A stretch of 64,000 bases of DNA from Anaerolineae bacterium (GTDB taxonomy: Bacteria; Chloroflexota; Anaerolineae; UBA1429): the NCBI GenBank assembly GCA_963675785.1, contig OY776562.1, positions 64,001 to 128,000 on the forward strand. Direction: 5' to 3'. How positions within the stretch are numbered: the stretch's first letter is position 1; each line of letters begins with the position of its first letter. The translations under genes were made by a program, and so were the position numbers. Shown one piece after another: positions 29,403 to 38,831 of the stretch. The notes under the pieces are model-generated. The model ran no database searches. It worked only from the letters and a program-made list of their open reading frames with translations, and had not been told where the DNA came from.

Positions 29403-30335
29403 ATGGGAACTGCTATGGAACTAAATGAGCTTGTTCGCACTATTCCTGGTTCGAATGGTTGGCAACTAGTGCGAGAGGTCAATAAGGGCTGGTCATCCGA
29501 TCGCAAATACTATGTCGAAACAGGTGAGGGGCAGCGACTTTTGTTGCGAGTTTCGGATATCGCCCAGTACGATGAAAAGAAGCGCGAGTTCGAAGCGATG
29601 AAACAGCTCGACACTCTCGACATAAATATACCTCGCCCCATAGATTTTGGCCTTTGCGAGGGAGGCGCGGCAGTGTACCTTTTGCTTACCTGGGTCAATG
29701 GGGCAGAAGCGGAGAAGGTATTACCTACGTTGAACAGCGCTGAACAATATAGATTAGGACTGGAAGCGGGCAGGGTGCTGGCCAAGATGCATCAGGTTCC
29801 TGCTCCCGAGGGACAAACTCCTTGGTCAGAACGTTTCAACGCCAAGATCGATCGAAATATCCGTAAACATTTGGCTTGTCGGATTCAAGCAGAGGGTGCT
29901 GACCGGATCATTGCCTACATTGAGACCAGCAGGCATTTGCTGGATGATAGGCCGCAGTGTTTTCAGCATGGCGATTACCATTGCGGTAACATGCTAATCA
30001 ACAATCAGCGTCACATTGGCATTATCGATTTCAACCGACTCGATTACGGCGATCCTTGGGAAGAATTCAATCGCATTACTTGGTGTGCTGCAGTCAGTCC
30101 CTTGTTTGCTTCGGGGCGTATCAACGGCTATTTCGAGGATGCTGTGCCTGACGAGTTTTTCAGGCTTTTGGCGCTGTATATCGGCAGCAATCAGCTCGCT
30201 TCTGTACCATGGGCCATTCCCTTTGGTCCCGCCGAGGTACAGACAATGCTTCAACAAACAAAAGCTGTGTTAGCATGGTATGATGATTTCCGTTCCTATA
30301 TCCCCAGTTGGTACATCTCTCAATTCTCGGACTGA
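29403..30335 (+). CDS. Aminoglycoside phosphotransferase (APH/choline kinase) family protein
   Basis: KGWSSD.KY, HGDYHCGN, IIDFNR, GDPWEEF. Confidence 0.85.
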   Translation: MGTAMELNELVRTIPGSNGWQLVREVNKGWSSDRKYYVETGEGQRLLLRVSDIAQYDEKKREFEAMKQLDTLDINIPRPIDFGLCEGGAAVYLLLTWVNGAEAEKVLPTLNSAEQYRLGLEAGRVLAKMHQVPAPEGQTPWSERFNAKIDRNIRKHLACRIQAEGADRIIAYIETSRHLLDDRPQCFQHGDYHCGNMLINNQRHIGIIDFNRLDYGDPWEEFNRITWCAAVSPLFASGRINGYFEDAVPDEFFRLLALYIGSNQLASVPWAIPFGPAEVQTMLQQTKAVLAWYDDFRSYIPSWYISQFSD

Positions 30336-30393
30336 ACACGCCGAGGATTGGTCAAATTCACCATGCTGACGAGAACCAATCCAGGCAGAAAAC

Positions 30394-30817
30394 ATGACAA
30401 GAAACTACGAGTCTCAAGATCTTGATGGCTGTGTACAGCTTTTGATTGAGGCCTACAATTGCGAGCCCTGGAATAACCACTGGACTGAAGAGACGGGTAA
30501 ACGATATCTTGACGAGTTTGCACTGTCTCGGAATTTCGTCGGTTTTGTAGCAACTGAGCATGAGGAGCTCGTTGGCGCCATGTTTGCACATAGGAAGACA
30601 TGGTGGACCAACGACAAAGTGTTCGTGGACGAGTTGTTCATTAAACCTGTTTTTAAGGCAAAGGCTATGGCACGGCTTTACGCGACATGGCGAGGACTAT
30701 GGCCATTCAAAGGGTTTAGCCAGACTTATATTGTTGACGAATCCTTATATGCCCGCCAAGACCTTTTATGAGAAGAACGGCTATACGCTGGCAGAGCATG
30801 TTGTTTTTCTACTATAA
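30394..30817 (+). pseudogene. Frameshifted GNAT (EPWN..W type)
   Basis: N-half, GKGYG motif and FYEKNGY C-half lie in three different frames around 30655-30685. Confidence 0.75.
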
Positions 30818-31007
30818 AAAAGTCTAGTTATTACAGACCTATCTCTCAGTCAAGATATGCAAACATGAACTCTTTGTCATTCTGCTTTTAACCACCATAT
30901 AGCTTGATGTGCTTTGAGCAGATAAGGAACCCCAGATATCCAAATATGCTTGTTGATGGTTGTGCTATGTGACTGGCTAGATGATCCAAGTAGTAGAGGG
31001 AAGGCTC

Positions 31008-31841
31008 ATGCTTTTATCGCAGATAACAGAAACCCTTTCAGCGATTCCGGGTGTCAGAGCTATAGCATTGGGAGGTTCCCAAAGCCGCGGAGAAGCTGAC
31101 GAAAGCTCAGACTTTGATATTGGTTTGTATTATGACGCAGACACGCTGGATGTCATTGCGTTAAGCCAATGCCTAAAGGAAATCGATGACAGGCATGAGG
31201 ACGGTCTTTTGAATCCTCCTGGGCAGTGGGGCTCTTGGATCAATGGCGGAGCGTGGTTGAGTGTCGAGGGTGTGTCTATCGATATCCTTCTTCGAGATAT
31301 TTCAAGGGTCAAAGCGGTCGTTGGGGATTGCGTCGCGGGCAGAATCACAATTGATTACCAAAATGGGCACCCTTTTGGTTTTGTCAACACGATCTATGCT
31401 GCTGAGACACACTATTGTCAGCCTTTGTGGCAAGATCGCTCTGCACTTCTCTCGATGCTAAAAACCTTGCTGTATTCAAAAGGTGAGTATCCCCCCTTGA
31501 TGCGAGAAGCTACGATCAAGAAATTTCTGTGGGGTGCCGAGTTTTCATTGCAGTGTGGGCGTAAGGCAACGTTTCGGGGTGACCTCAATTACTCGGCTGG
31601 TTCCGTTTTTAGGGCTGTTTGTTGTTGGGTTCAAGTACTATATGCCCTGAATAATTGTTATTTGATGAACGAAAAGGGGGCTTTGAGGCAGGTTCATCTC
31701 CTTGAGCAAAGCCCGGCTGATATGGAACCCAAAGTGAAGGAGATATATTCTCTGCTGGCGAATGGGAACGCCCAAGGTGCTTACCAAATTCTAGAGTGTT
31801 TACATAGTAAAGTCGAGGAGCTTGTCGCTGGATTTTTTTGA
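31008..31841 (+). CDS. Nucleotidyltransferase domain protein (DUF4037-like C-terminus)
   Basis: LGGSQSRG....SDFDIGLYY, WINGGAWL, NEKGAL. Confidence 0.82.
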   Translation: MLLSQITETLSAIPGVRAIALGGSQSRGEADESSDFDIGLYYDADTLDVIALSQCLKEIDDRHEDGLLNPPGQWGSWINGGAWLSVEGVSIDILLRDISRVKAVVGDCVAGRITIDYQNGHPFGFVNTIYAAETHYCQPLWQDRSALLSMLKTLLYSKGEYPPLMREATIKKFLWGAEFSLQCGRKATFRGDLNYSAGSVFRAVCCWVQVLYALNNCYLMNEKGALRQVHLLEQSPADMEPKVKEIYSLLANGNAQGAYQILECLHSKVEELVAGFF

Positions 31842-31900
31842 ACTGTAGGCTGTTTTGTAGCAACGACTAAGCTCAAACCCGCTATATCTAGGGAACTCTC

Positions 31901-32251
31901 ATGACCTTTGATGACGCCTTTTGGCACGCTTTGGACGAATTGGTAGTCACCTCAGAAATAATCATTGATCGTCCCAAAGGGGCGCGGCATCCCCGATATC
32001 CCGATATGGTTTACCCAGTGGATTACGGCTACCTGCAGGGTACTACCTCTATGGATGGTGGTGGCATTGATATCTGGAGGGGTTCGGATACTCGAGGGCA
32101 AATTGATGCCATCATCTGCATTATAGATCTGCTCAAACGAGATTCAGAGATCAAAATATTGATGGGTTGTACGGACGATGAAAAGCGCGTGATTTATCGT
32201 TTTCACAACGAGTCCGAGCATATGAAGGGCATTTTGATCAATAGACATTAG
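31901..32251 (+). CDS. Small inorganic pyrophosphatase-like protein
   Basis: IDRPKG..HPRYP..YPVDYGYL..T...DGGGID. Confidence 0.75.
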   Translation: MTFDDAFWHALDELVVTSEIIIDRPKGARHPRYPDMVYPVDYGYLQGTTSMDGGGIDIWRGSDTRGQIDAIICIIDLLKRDSEIKILMGCTDDEKRVIYRFHNESEHMKGILINRH

Positions 32252-32279
32252 CTCTCAAGCATGAGAGGGGCTATCTTTT

Positions 32280-32762
32280 ATGGAGATCGAGCTGATCAAG
32301 GCAAGCTTGGAAGATGCGCCGCAGCTGCATGCTATGCAGGTGCAGGCCTTTATGCCGCTCTTGGAGCGTTACCAGGATTTCGACACCAGCCCGGCCAACG
32401 AGTCCCTCGAAAAAGTGGTGGCGCGTATTGCTCAGCCCACTACAGACTATTACCTCATTCATACCGATGGGCAACCTGTGGGGGGTATCCGCGTCGTGAG
32501 GCGAGGAGAGGGGCATTATCGCGTCAGCCCGGTCTTTGTTCTGCCAGCCTACCAGGGCCAGGGCATTGCCCAAAGGGTGTTCGGCATGGTTGAGGCCATG
32601 TACGCTGATGCTGTGTTATGGGAGCTAGATACTATTCTGCAAGAAGCAGGCAACTGCTATCTGTACGAAAAGCTGGGCTATCGCCAGATGGGCGAGACGC
32701 ATATAGTCAATCCTCAAATGACCATCGTCTTTTACGAAAAGCCAGTTACGGCGGCAGAGTGA
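32280..32762 (+). CDS. GNAT acetyltransferase
   Basis: FVLPAYQGQGIA, LYEKLGY. Confidence 0.9.
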   Translation: MEIELIKASLEDAPQLHAMQVQAFMPLLERYQDFDTSPANESLEKVVARIAQPTTDYYLIHTDGQPVGGIRVVRRGEGHYRVSPVFVLPAYQGQGIAQRVFGMVEAMYADAVLWELDTILQEAGNCYLYEKLGYRQMGETHIVNPQMTIVFYEKPVTAAE

Positions 32763-32775
32763 AGGAGATACTGAG

Positions 32776-33459
32776 ATGGGTTACTCGCTGAGCTTGGAGA
32801 ATATATCTCTTGCCAACTACAAAGAGCTACTCAGGGCTAAATATCTGACGCCGGGGCGGCAGATTCTGCACGAGGACATGGACGTTCACTTTGAGGCCTT
32901 GACTAACGCCGGCATGGATAATCTGGCAGAGCTCGAGCGAGCAATCTTGACGAGCAAAAAGCTCAAAGCGTTTGCGATCGAGTGTGGCTTGTCCGTTGAA
33001 TATCTGACGATCCTACGGCGCGAGATTGGCAGTCTGGTGCCCAAGGCGGTTGCGCTCGAAGCGCTGTTGCCTGATGATTTGGAAGAACGAACCAAACTGG
33101 CCGAGGCGGGGATCAAAACCTCCGAGGACTATTACACGTTTTACTGCTCCGCAGGCAACGCCAGCCAAGTTGCGCAGAGGCTCGGCATTGGTGAGATGCG
33201 TGTTGATTACCTGTTCAGTCTCTGTGATTTAGTACGTATCAACGGCGTTGGGCCTCAGGCAGCCAGAGCCCTTTACGAGGCGGATTATCATTTGGCGGCG
33301 GATGTGGCGCAGGCTTCCGCCGAAGAAATGTTAGCGCGCGTATCCACCGCCAATGATGCTGGGCAGTATTACAAAGCCAAGCTAGGCCTGAAGGATATGC
33401 AGTTCTGCATCGACCATGCCCGATTGCTGCATTCACAGGACGACGAGCTCTGTGATTAA
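32776..33459 (+). CDS. DUF4332 (helix-hairpin-helix) protein
   Basis: DLVRINGVGP..A..L.EA. Confidence 0.7.
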   Translation: MGYSLSLENISLANYKELLRAKYLTPGRQILHEDMDVHFEALTNAGMDNLAELERAILTSKKLKAFAIECGLSVEYLTILRREIGSLVPKAVALEALLPDDLEERTKLAEAGIKTSEDYYTFYCSAGNASQVAQRLGIGEMRVDYLFSLCDLVRINGVGPQAARALYEADYHLAADVAQASAEEMLARVSTANDAGQYYKAKLGLKDMQFCIDHARLLHSQDDELCD

Positions 33460-33607
33460 TGCTTTGTATGTGCCCCTTTGGCGAGTCGTAAGAATCACCC
33501 ACTTGAAGCTGTCTGATACTCTGTAACCAAGACATAAAAGGAATAGAAATCGAGGGTTTTGGCATTGCGTCACTACAGCAAAAGCCCTCAATTGGAGCAG
33601 AGTTATC

Positions 33608-34309
33608 ATGAAACTGGTAGATTTCAAGGGACTGTTCAAAAAATCAACGGCGACCGTGTTATCAGTCGAGAACCCTTTTGGCGATTATTACACAGTAAAG
33701 CTAAAGGCAGAATCTGGTATGACCTGGCGACCCGGAGAGCACGGCATTTTTACTTTGCCTGATAGTGAAGTGAAGGGCAAAAAGTGGCGAGTCTTCAGTG
33801 TGGCTTCTATTCCCCAAGAGGGCCATCTTTTGATTGGCACACGCACCGGGGCCCAGGTCAGTAGTTTCAAAGAGCATTTGCTTCACATGGAAGCGGGCGG
33901 TCGAGTCAATCTGGTAGGGCCTTTTGGCTGGTTTACCTTGCAGGACGATACTTCTCCGTTGGTGATGATAGCTACTGGCGTGGGCATCACGCCCGCACGC
34001 GCCCTGCTCAAAGCCCTGGAGAAGGTGGAAACGCGTCCTGTCGAGCTAATTTATGCTTCTAATGATTACCATCTATTTGGACCAGAGTTGGTTGAGATGG
34101 CTGATGTCAATTCCCTGATGACCTTGCATCTGTGCGAGCATCGGGAAGATGCGATTCATTTGGTTGAGGCAGCCGCAGCGCGCTATGGAAATCAGGCTTA
34201 TTACTATGTTTCTGGCAAGCCTGATGTGGTGAGCTCTTTCAGAAAGGTGCTTCAAGCCAAATCCATCAAGGGCCGCCGGATTATTCGAGATTGGTTTTTG
34301 GGATACTAG
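33608..34309 (+). CDS. Ferredoxin-NADP reductase-family FAD oxidoreductase
   Basis: PGEH, RVFSVAS, GPFG.F, ATGVGITP, D.F.GY. Confidence 0.85.
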   Translation: MKLVDFKGLFKKSTATVLSVENPFGDYYTVKLKAESGMTWRPGEHGIFTLPDSEVKGKKWRVFSVASIPQEGHLLIGTRTGAQVSSFKEHLLHMEAGGRVNLVGPFGWFTLQDDTSPLVMIATGVGITPARALLKALEKVETRPVELIYASNDYHLFGPELVEMADVNSLMTLHLCEHREDAIHLVEAAAARYGNQAYYYVSGKPDVVSSFRKVLQAKSIKGRRIIRDWFLGY

Positions 34310-34334
34310 ATACCCCCCAAGTAGGTGAGAGCTA

Positions 34335-34874
34335 GTGGATTCTGTCATTTTGTATCGTCAGCTAATTGATCCTCAGGAATGCAAGGGACTTTTGGCAACA
34401 TTTGAGCGCTATCAGGAGACGAACAAAGTTCTCCGCCGCCAGGGAGAACAGTACATTTATCAAGAGGATCATTTCATCGATGATTGGGACGCAGACAAAA
34501 AGGCTGACGTAGAGAGAAAACTGACTGCCTTTATGGGTAAGGGTGGTGCGGTTGCGGCTGCTTTTGATGGCAAAAGGCTGGCGGGCTTTGCCAATATCGA
34601 TGGCAACCTGTTCGGCTCTGGGAATCAGTACTTGGAGCTGATCTATATGCACGTCTCCCGGTTGTATCGCCATGGCGGCATTGGCCGCAGGCTCTTTGAA
34701 ATGTGCTGTGATTGTGCAAGGCAGCGAGGAGCGCAAAAGCTTTATATCTCGTCGCACCCTGCTATCGAGACACAGCAGTTTTATCAGGCAGTGGGCTGTG
34801 TTCTGGCAATCGAAGTGGATGAATCGATCTATGAACAAGAGCCTCTAGATATCCAGCTTGAATATGTTCTATAA
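34335..34874 (+). CDS. GNAT acetyltransferase
   Basis: HVS..YRHGGIG..LF, LYIS......TQ.FY...GC. Confidence 0.87.
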   Translation: MDSVILYRQLIDPQECKGLLATFERYQETNKVLRRQGEQYIYQEDHFIDDWDADKKADVERKLTAFMGKGGAVAAAFDGKRLAGFANIDGNLFGSGNQYLELIYMHVSRLYRHGGIGRRLFEMCCDCARQRGAQKLYISSHPAIETQQFYQAVGCVLAIEVDESIYEQEPLDIQLEYVL

Positions 34875-35024
34875 GGGGATATGCCAGATTATACGATATC
34901 CATGATGCCTCTATGTATGCTAGAGAGCGCGCGTGCGATTATAGGCCAGATTTGGCATTAGACGAGTGCGCGAGTATACTAGTTCTTGGAGTTGATACGG
35001 CATCAGGAAGGACAAATAGGAAAC

Positions 35025-35294
35025 ATGGCGCTGACCAAGCTGGAAAAAGCGTCGACTGTTGAAAAATACGGACGACACGAGACGGATACTGGTTCGCCAG
35101 AGGTCCAGATTGCGAATCTTACCGAGCGCATCAACCGACTGACGGAGCACCTCAAGGAGCACAAGCACGATGAGCATTCTCGTCGTGGCTTGCTAAAGCT
35201 TGTTGGCCAGCGTCGTCGGCATCTGAACTATCTGCAAAAGACTGATGAAACCAAGTATCGCGAGGTTCTACAGGCTCTAGGTCTTCGACGCTAG
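35025..35294 (+). CDS. rpsO: 30S ribosomal protein S15
   Basis: [29 protein letters not shown]; 89 aa. Confidence 0.97.
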   Translation: MALTKLEKASTVEKYGRHETDTGSPEVQIANLTERINRLTEHLKEHKHDEHSRRGLLKLVGQRRRHLNYLQKTDETKYREVLQALGLRR

Positions 35295-35330
35295 CAAGTC
35301 TGACTTGTTGTTACACACAATTTGCTTTGG

Positions 35331-35366
35331 GGCGGGCAGGTGGTGGACTTTTACCATCTGCCCGTC
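35331..35366 (+). terminator. Stem-loop after rpsO
   Basis: GGCGGGCAGGTGGT / ACCATCTGCCCGTC; weak U tract. Confidence 0.55.
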
Positions 35367-35396
35367 TATATTGGTAGTAATGGAAAATAAGTAGAT

Positions 35397-35500
35397 GCAC
35401 GCCTTTCCGGGCGTTTTGCACAGGAATTGGGGCATGTGCCTGTCTCATGAGGGCCTATTCCCCAGCTCCTGACGAGATTCCCGGACATGGTATGGCGTGC
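35397..35500 (+). promoter_or_regulatory. Long pnp leader hairpin (candidate RNase III site)
   Basis: Nested pairs GCACGCC/GGCGTGC, TCCGGG/CCCGGA, CAGGAATTGGGG/CCCCAGCTCCTG. Confidence 0.65.
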
Positions 35501-35515
35501 GGGAAAGGAACAAAC

Positions 35516-37690
35516 ATGTTAAAAAAGTACAGTTGTAAATTCGGTACCGAGGAGCTAGTTTTTGAGACTGGCGAATTGGCCCCCCAGGCGGGTGGTGCTA
35601 TCTCGGTGCGCTTGGGCGATTCATTTGTTCTTGTTACGGCTACCGGCTCTACTCAGCCTCGTGAGGGAGTGGATTTCTTTCCTCTGACGGTTGATGTCGA
35701 TGAGCGGCGCTATGCCTATGGCAAGATCCCAGGTAGCTTTTTCAGGCGTGAAGGTAGGAATTCAACCGATGGCACGCTTCTTTGCCGCCTGGTAGACCGT
35801 CCTCTCCGCCCACTCTTTCCCCAAGGGTATCGCAACGAAGTTCAGATCGTTATTACCCCTCTTTCTGTGGATGAAGACCATGCTGTCGATATCATGGCTG
35901 TCAATGGCGCTTCTTGTGCTTTGATGATCTCTGATGTTCCTTTTGACGGGCCCATCGGCGCTGTGCGCATTGGCTACATTGATGGCGAGTACATCGTTAA
36001 TCCCACCGTTCCACAGATCGCACTGAGTGACTTGGACCTGCGTGTTGCTGGTACAAAAGAATCGGTCCTCATGATCGAGGCTGGGGCTAATGAATTCCCT
36101 GAGGACAAGATGGTTGAGGCAATTGCCCTCGGACATCGCTCTATTCAGGATGTCATCGCTCTTCAAGAGCAGATGGCTGCTGAGATCGGCAAGTCCAAGA
36201 TCGAGTATACACCGCACATCGTGGATGAAGATGTGCTGACCTCTGTTCGTGCAAAAGTGGAGGACGCTCTTCGTGAGGTCATCTACTCTGATCTCGACCG
36301 CGAGGCTCGTCAGGAACGTGAGAACCAGGTCAAGAAAGAGCTGTTCGACTCTCTCGATGAAAATATTGATACCAAGCAGGTTGCTGAGGCCTTTGACTCT
36401 ATCTTTAAATCGTTGATGCGCAACCGCATTTTGGATGATGGTTTCCGTGTCGATGGGCGTGCACCAGACGAGGTTCGTCCGCTCAGTGCCCAGGTGGGGC
36501 TGTTGCCTCGCACTCATGGCTCTGGCTTGTTCAACCGCGGGCTCACGCAAGTGCTCAACGTAACAACGCTGGGCTCCTCAAAGGAGGCACTCTCTGTTGA
36601 GGGCTTGAACGGCGATATGTCCAAGGTCTATTTCCATCACTATAACTTTCCGCCCTATTCAACGGGCGAGACTTATCCTATCCGTGGGCCACGACGCCGT
36701 TCGATTGGCCATGGCGCCCTCGCAGAGCGCGCGATAGAGCCGGTTCTGCCGAGCTTTGACGAGTTCCCCTATGTCATTCGCACGGTTTCAGAATGCTTGT
36801 CCTCCAACGGCTCAACCTCAATGGCTAGCACTTGTGCTTCAACACTCTCGTTGTTGGATGCAGGTGTACCGCTCAAGGCTCCTGTGGCGGGCATTGCCAT
36901 GGGCGTCATCACCGAGGGTGATCGCTATTGCGTTCTGACCGATATCCAAGGGCTTGAAGATCATCTCGGCGACATGGATTTCAAGGTGACTGGCACTGAG
37001 GCGGGCATCACGGCTATGCAGCTCGATTGCAAGATTTCGGGCTTGCTTCCAATTATCATTGAAGAGACACTCGCCGGAGCACGCAAGGCGCGCATGCAGA
37101 TTCTGGATGTCATCAATGCTTGCATTCCTGCGCCGCGTTCTGAGCTTTCTCCATATGCACCTCGTATCCAGATGGTCAAGATTCCTGTAGACAAGATTGG
37201 TGCTCTCATTGGGCCGGGTGGCAAAAACATCCGCAGCATCATTGAGGATACCGGTGTGACCATTGATGTGGATGAGGACGGTACTGTTCGCGTAGGCTCA
37301 ACAGATGGCCCCAGTGCCATAGAGGCTATTCGACGAATTGAGGGGCTCACCGCAGTCCCAGAATTGGGGCGCGTCTATACTGGCAAAGTTACACGTATTC
37401 AGCCATTTGGCGCTTTTGTGCAGATTATGCCTGGCCAAGAAGGTCTGGTACATATCTCACAATTGGCTGATTATCGCGTAAACAGCGTCGAAGACGTTGT
37501 GCAAGAGGGCGATGAGATCATGGTTATGGTTACTGGCGTCGATTCGGGCGGTAAGATCAGGCTCTCGCGCCAGGCTGTGTTGGCGGGTTGGACTTTGGAA
37601 GAGGCCCAGTCTCACGATCGTCCGCCTAGTGGTGGTTCGCGTGGTGGCGGGCGTAGTCGAGATGGTGGCGACCGTCGGCGTCGCGACTAG
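35516..37690 (+). CDS. pnp: Polyribonucleotide nucleotidyltransferase
   Basis: [29 protein letters not shown] (IGPGGK), S1 domain. Confidence 0.97.
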   Translation: MLKKYSCKFGTEELVFETGELAPQAGGAISVRLGDSFVLVTATGSTQPREGVDFFPLTVDVDERRYAYGKIPGSFFRREGRNSTDGTLLCRLVDRPLRPLFPQGYRNEVQIVITPLSVDEDHAVDIMAVNGASCALMISDVPFDGPIGAVRIGYIDGEYIVNPTVPQIALSDLDLRVAGTKESVLMIEAGANEFPEDKMVEAIALGHRSIQDVIALQEQMAAEIGKSKIEYTPHIVDEDVLTSVRAKVEDALREVIYSDLDREARQERENQVKKELFDSLDENIDTKQVAEAFDSIFKSLMRNRILDDGFRVDGRAPDEVRPLSAQVGLLPRTHGSGLFNRGLTQVLNVTTLGSSKEALSVEGLNGDMSKVYFHHYNFPPYSTGETYPIRGPRRRSIGHGALAERAIEPVLPSFDEFPYVIRTVSECLSSNGSTSMASTCASTLSLLDAGVPLKAPVAGIAMGVITEGDRYCVLTDIQGLEDHLGDMDFKVTGTEAGITAMQLDCKISGLLPIIIEETLAGARKARMQILDVINACIPAPRSELSPYAPRIQMVKIPVDKIGALIGPGGKNIRSIIEDTGVTIDVDEDGTVRVGSTDGPSAIEAIRRIEGLTAVPELGRVYTGKVTRIQPFGAFVQIMPGQEGLVHISQLADYRVNSVEDVVQEGDEIMVMVTGVDSGGKIRLSRQAVLAGWTLEEAQSHDRPPSGGSRGGGRSRDGGDRRRRD

Positions 37691-37744
37691 ATAGATATCA
37701 GTTAAGGGGAATCCAGACGGGGCTTTGCCCCGTCTGGCTGTTAT

Positions 37745-38281
37745 ATGGGCATTCAAGAGCAACCTAAAATAACTCAGATTGGGTGGGCAGGCGAGCTTTT
37801 TCGAACGGTTGTGCCAGCTCTGGTCGTTGTGGTTTTACTCAATCTTTTTGTGGCGCAAGCTACCCGTGTCGATGGGCATAGTATGGACCCCACGCTCATG
37901 GACGGCGAGCGAATCATTATCGAAAAGGTCACCCTGGCTTTTTCTCTCCCCGCTCGTGGAGATATTGTTGTTCTATCGCGCCCCGAGACACCGGACGAGC
38001 CCCCTCTGATCAAGCGTGTCATCGGTTTGCCTGGAGAGACTGTTGAAATCCGCGATGGCAGCGTGTGGATTGATGGTGAGATGCTTGCGGAGGATTATTT
38101 GGATCAATCCACAGCAGGAACTATACCGTCCTTGCTTGTTCCCGAAGGTCATATTTTTGTACTAGGTGACAATCGCGGCCACAGTAACGATTCTCGCAGT
38201 TTTGGTGTAGTTTCTGTTGAGAATATCATTGGGCAGGCTTGGCTTGCTTATTGGCCACTCTCGGCCTGGCGCATTTTCTGA
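37745..38281 (+). CDS. lepB: Signal peptidase I
   Basis: GHSMDPTL, IKRVIGLPG, GDNR..S.DSR. Confidence 0.93.
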   Translation: MGIQEQPKITQIGWAGELFRTVVPALVVVVLLNLFVAQATRVDGHSMDPTLMDGERIIIEKVTLAFSLPARGDIVVLSRPETPDEPPLIKRVIGLPGETVEIRDGSVWIDGEMLAEDYLDQSTAGTIPSLLVPEGHIFVLGDNRGHSNDSRSFGVVSVENIIGQAWLAYWPLSAWRIF

Positions 38282-38831
38282 AATATCACTTTGTGCACTT
38301 TGCACTATTCATAAAACGACCTGTTTCGTTATGTGGTTTGAAATGGGTGTGCATAGTGCCCTGATGCTTGACCGAATGGCCCTAGTTATGCTATCATTTA
38401 TCTCAAGTTTGGATTATCATTTCTAGTGCGGTTTATTGACATCTACCGCCTCGTCCCTGATAGCTACGGTTGCCGTTCATGATCAGAAGAGAACATAAGG
38501 GTTTCGCTCGAAACTAAAATGGCGACTATGCCCCTCTATTATTATAAAATCTATGCAAGCAATGTTGCACGAGAATCCGCTTTATACATCAAGTGATTTG
38601 ACGTAGATTTTACTCTGTTTAAAATTGGTTCAATTAGTGGCTGGACCGGGGCGTTCTGTTTGGAACGTTTCCCGTTATACCGGTAAGTTCGAGCACAATG
38701 GCGTGACTGGAACTGTCATGAGGTAGGCGACAAAATCCGAAGGGAGGTGGGGTTCCCACCGTTTGTGACTTACTGAATGACAGAAAGAACAAGCATTGTT
38801 TTTCTACGACAACTTTACCTGAGGAGGAAAG

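Larger units (their letters stand above)
7000..34900. mobile_element. Accessory region/genomic island inserted downstream of rlmD; no recombinase present, right boundary approximate
   Basis: rlmD 3'-end duplicates, AT-rich segments, pseudogenes and small accessory genes between core genes rlmD and rpsO. Confidence 0.55.
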
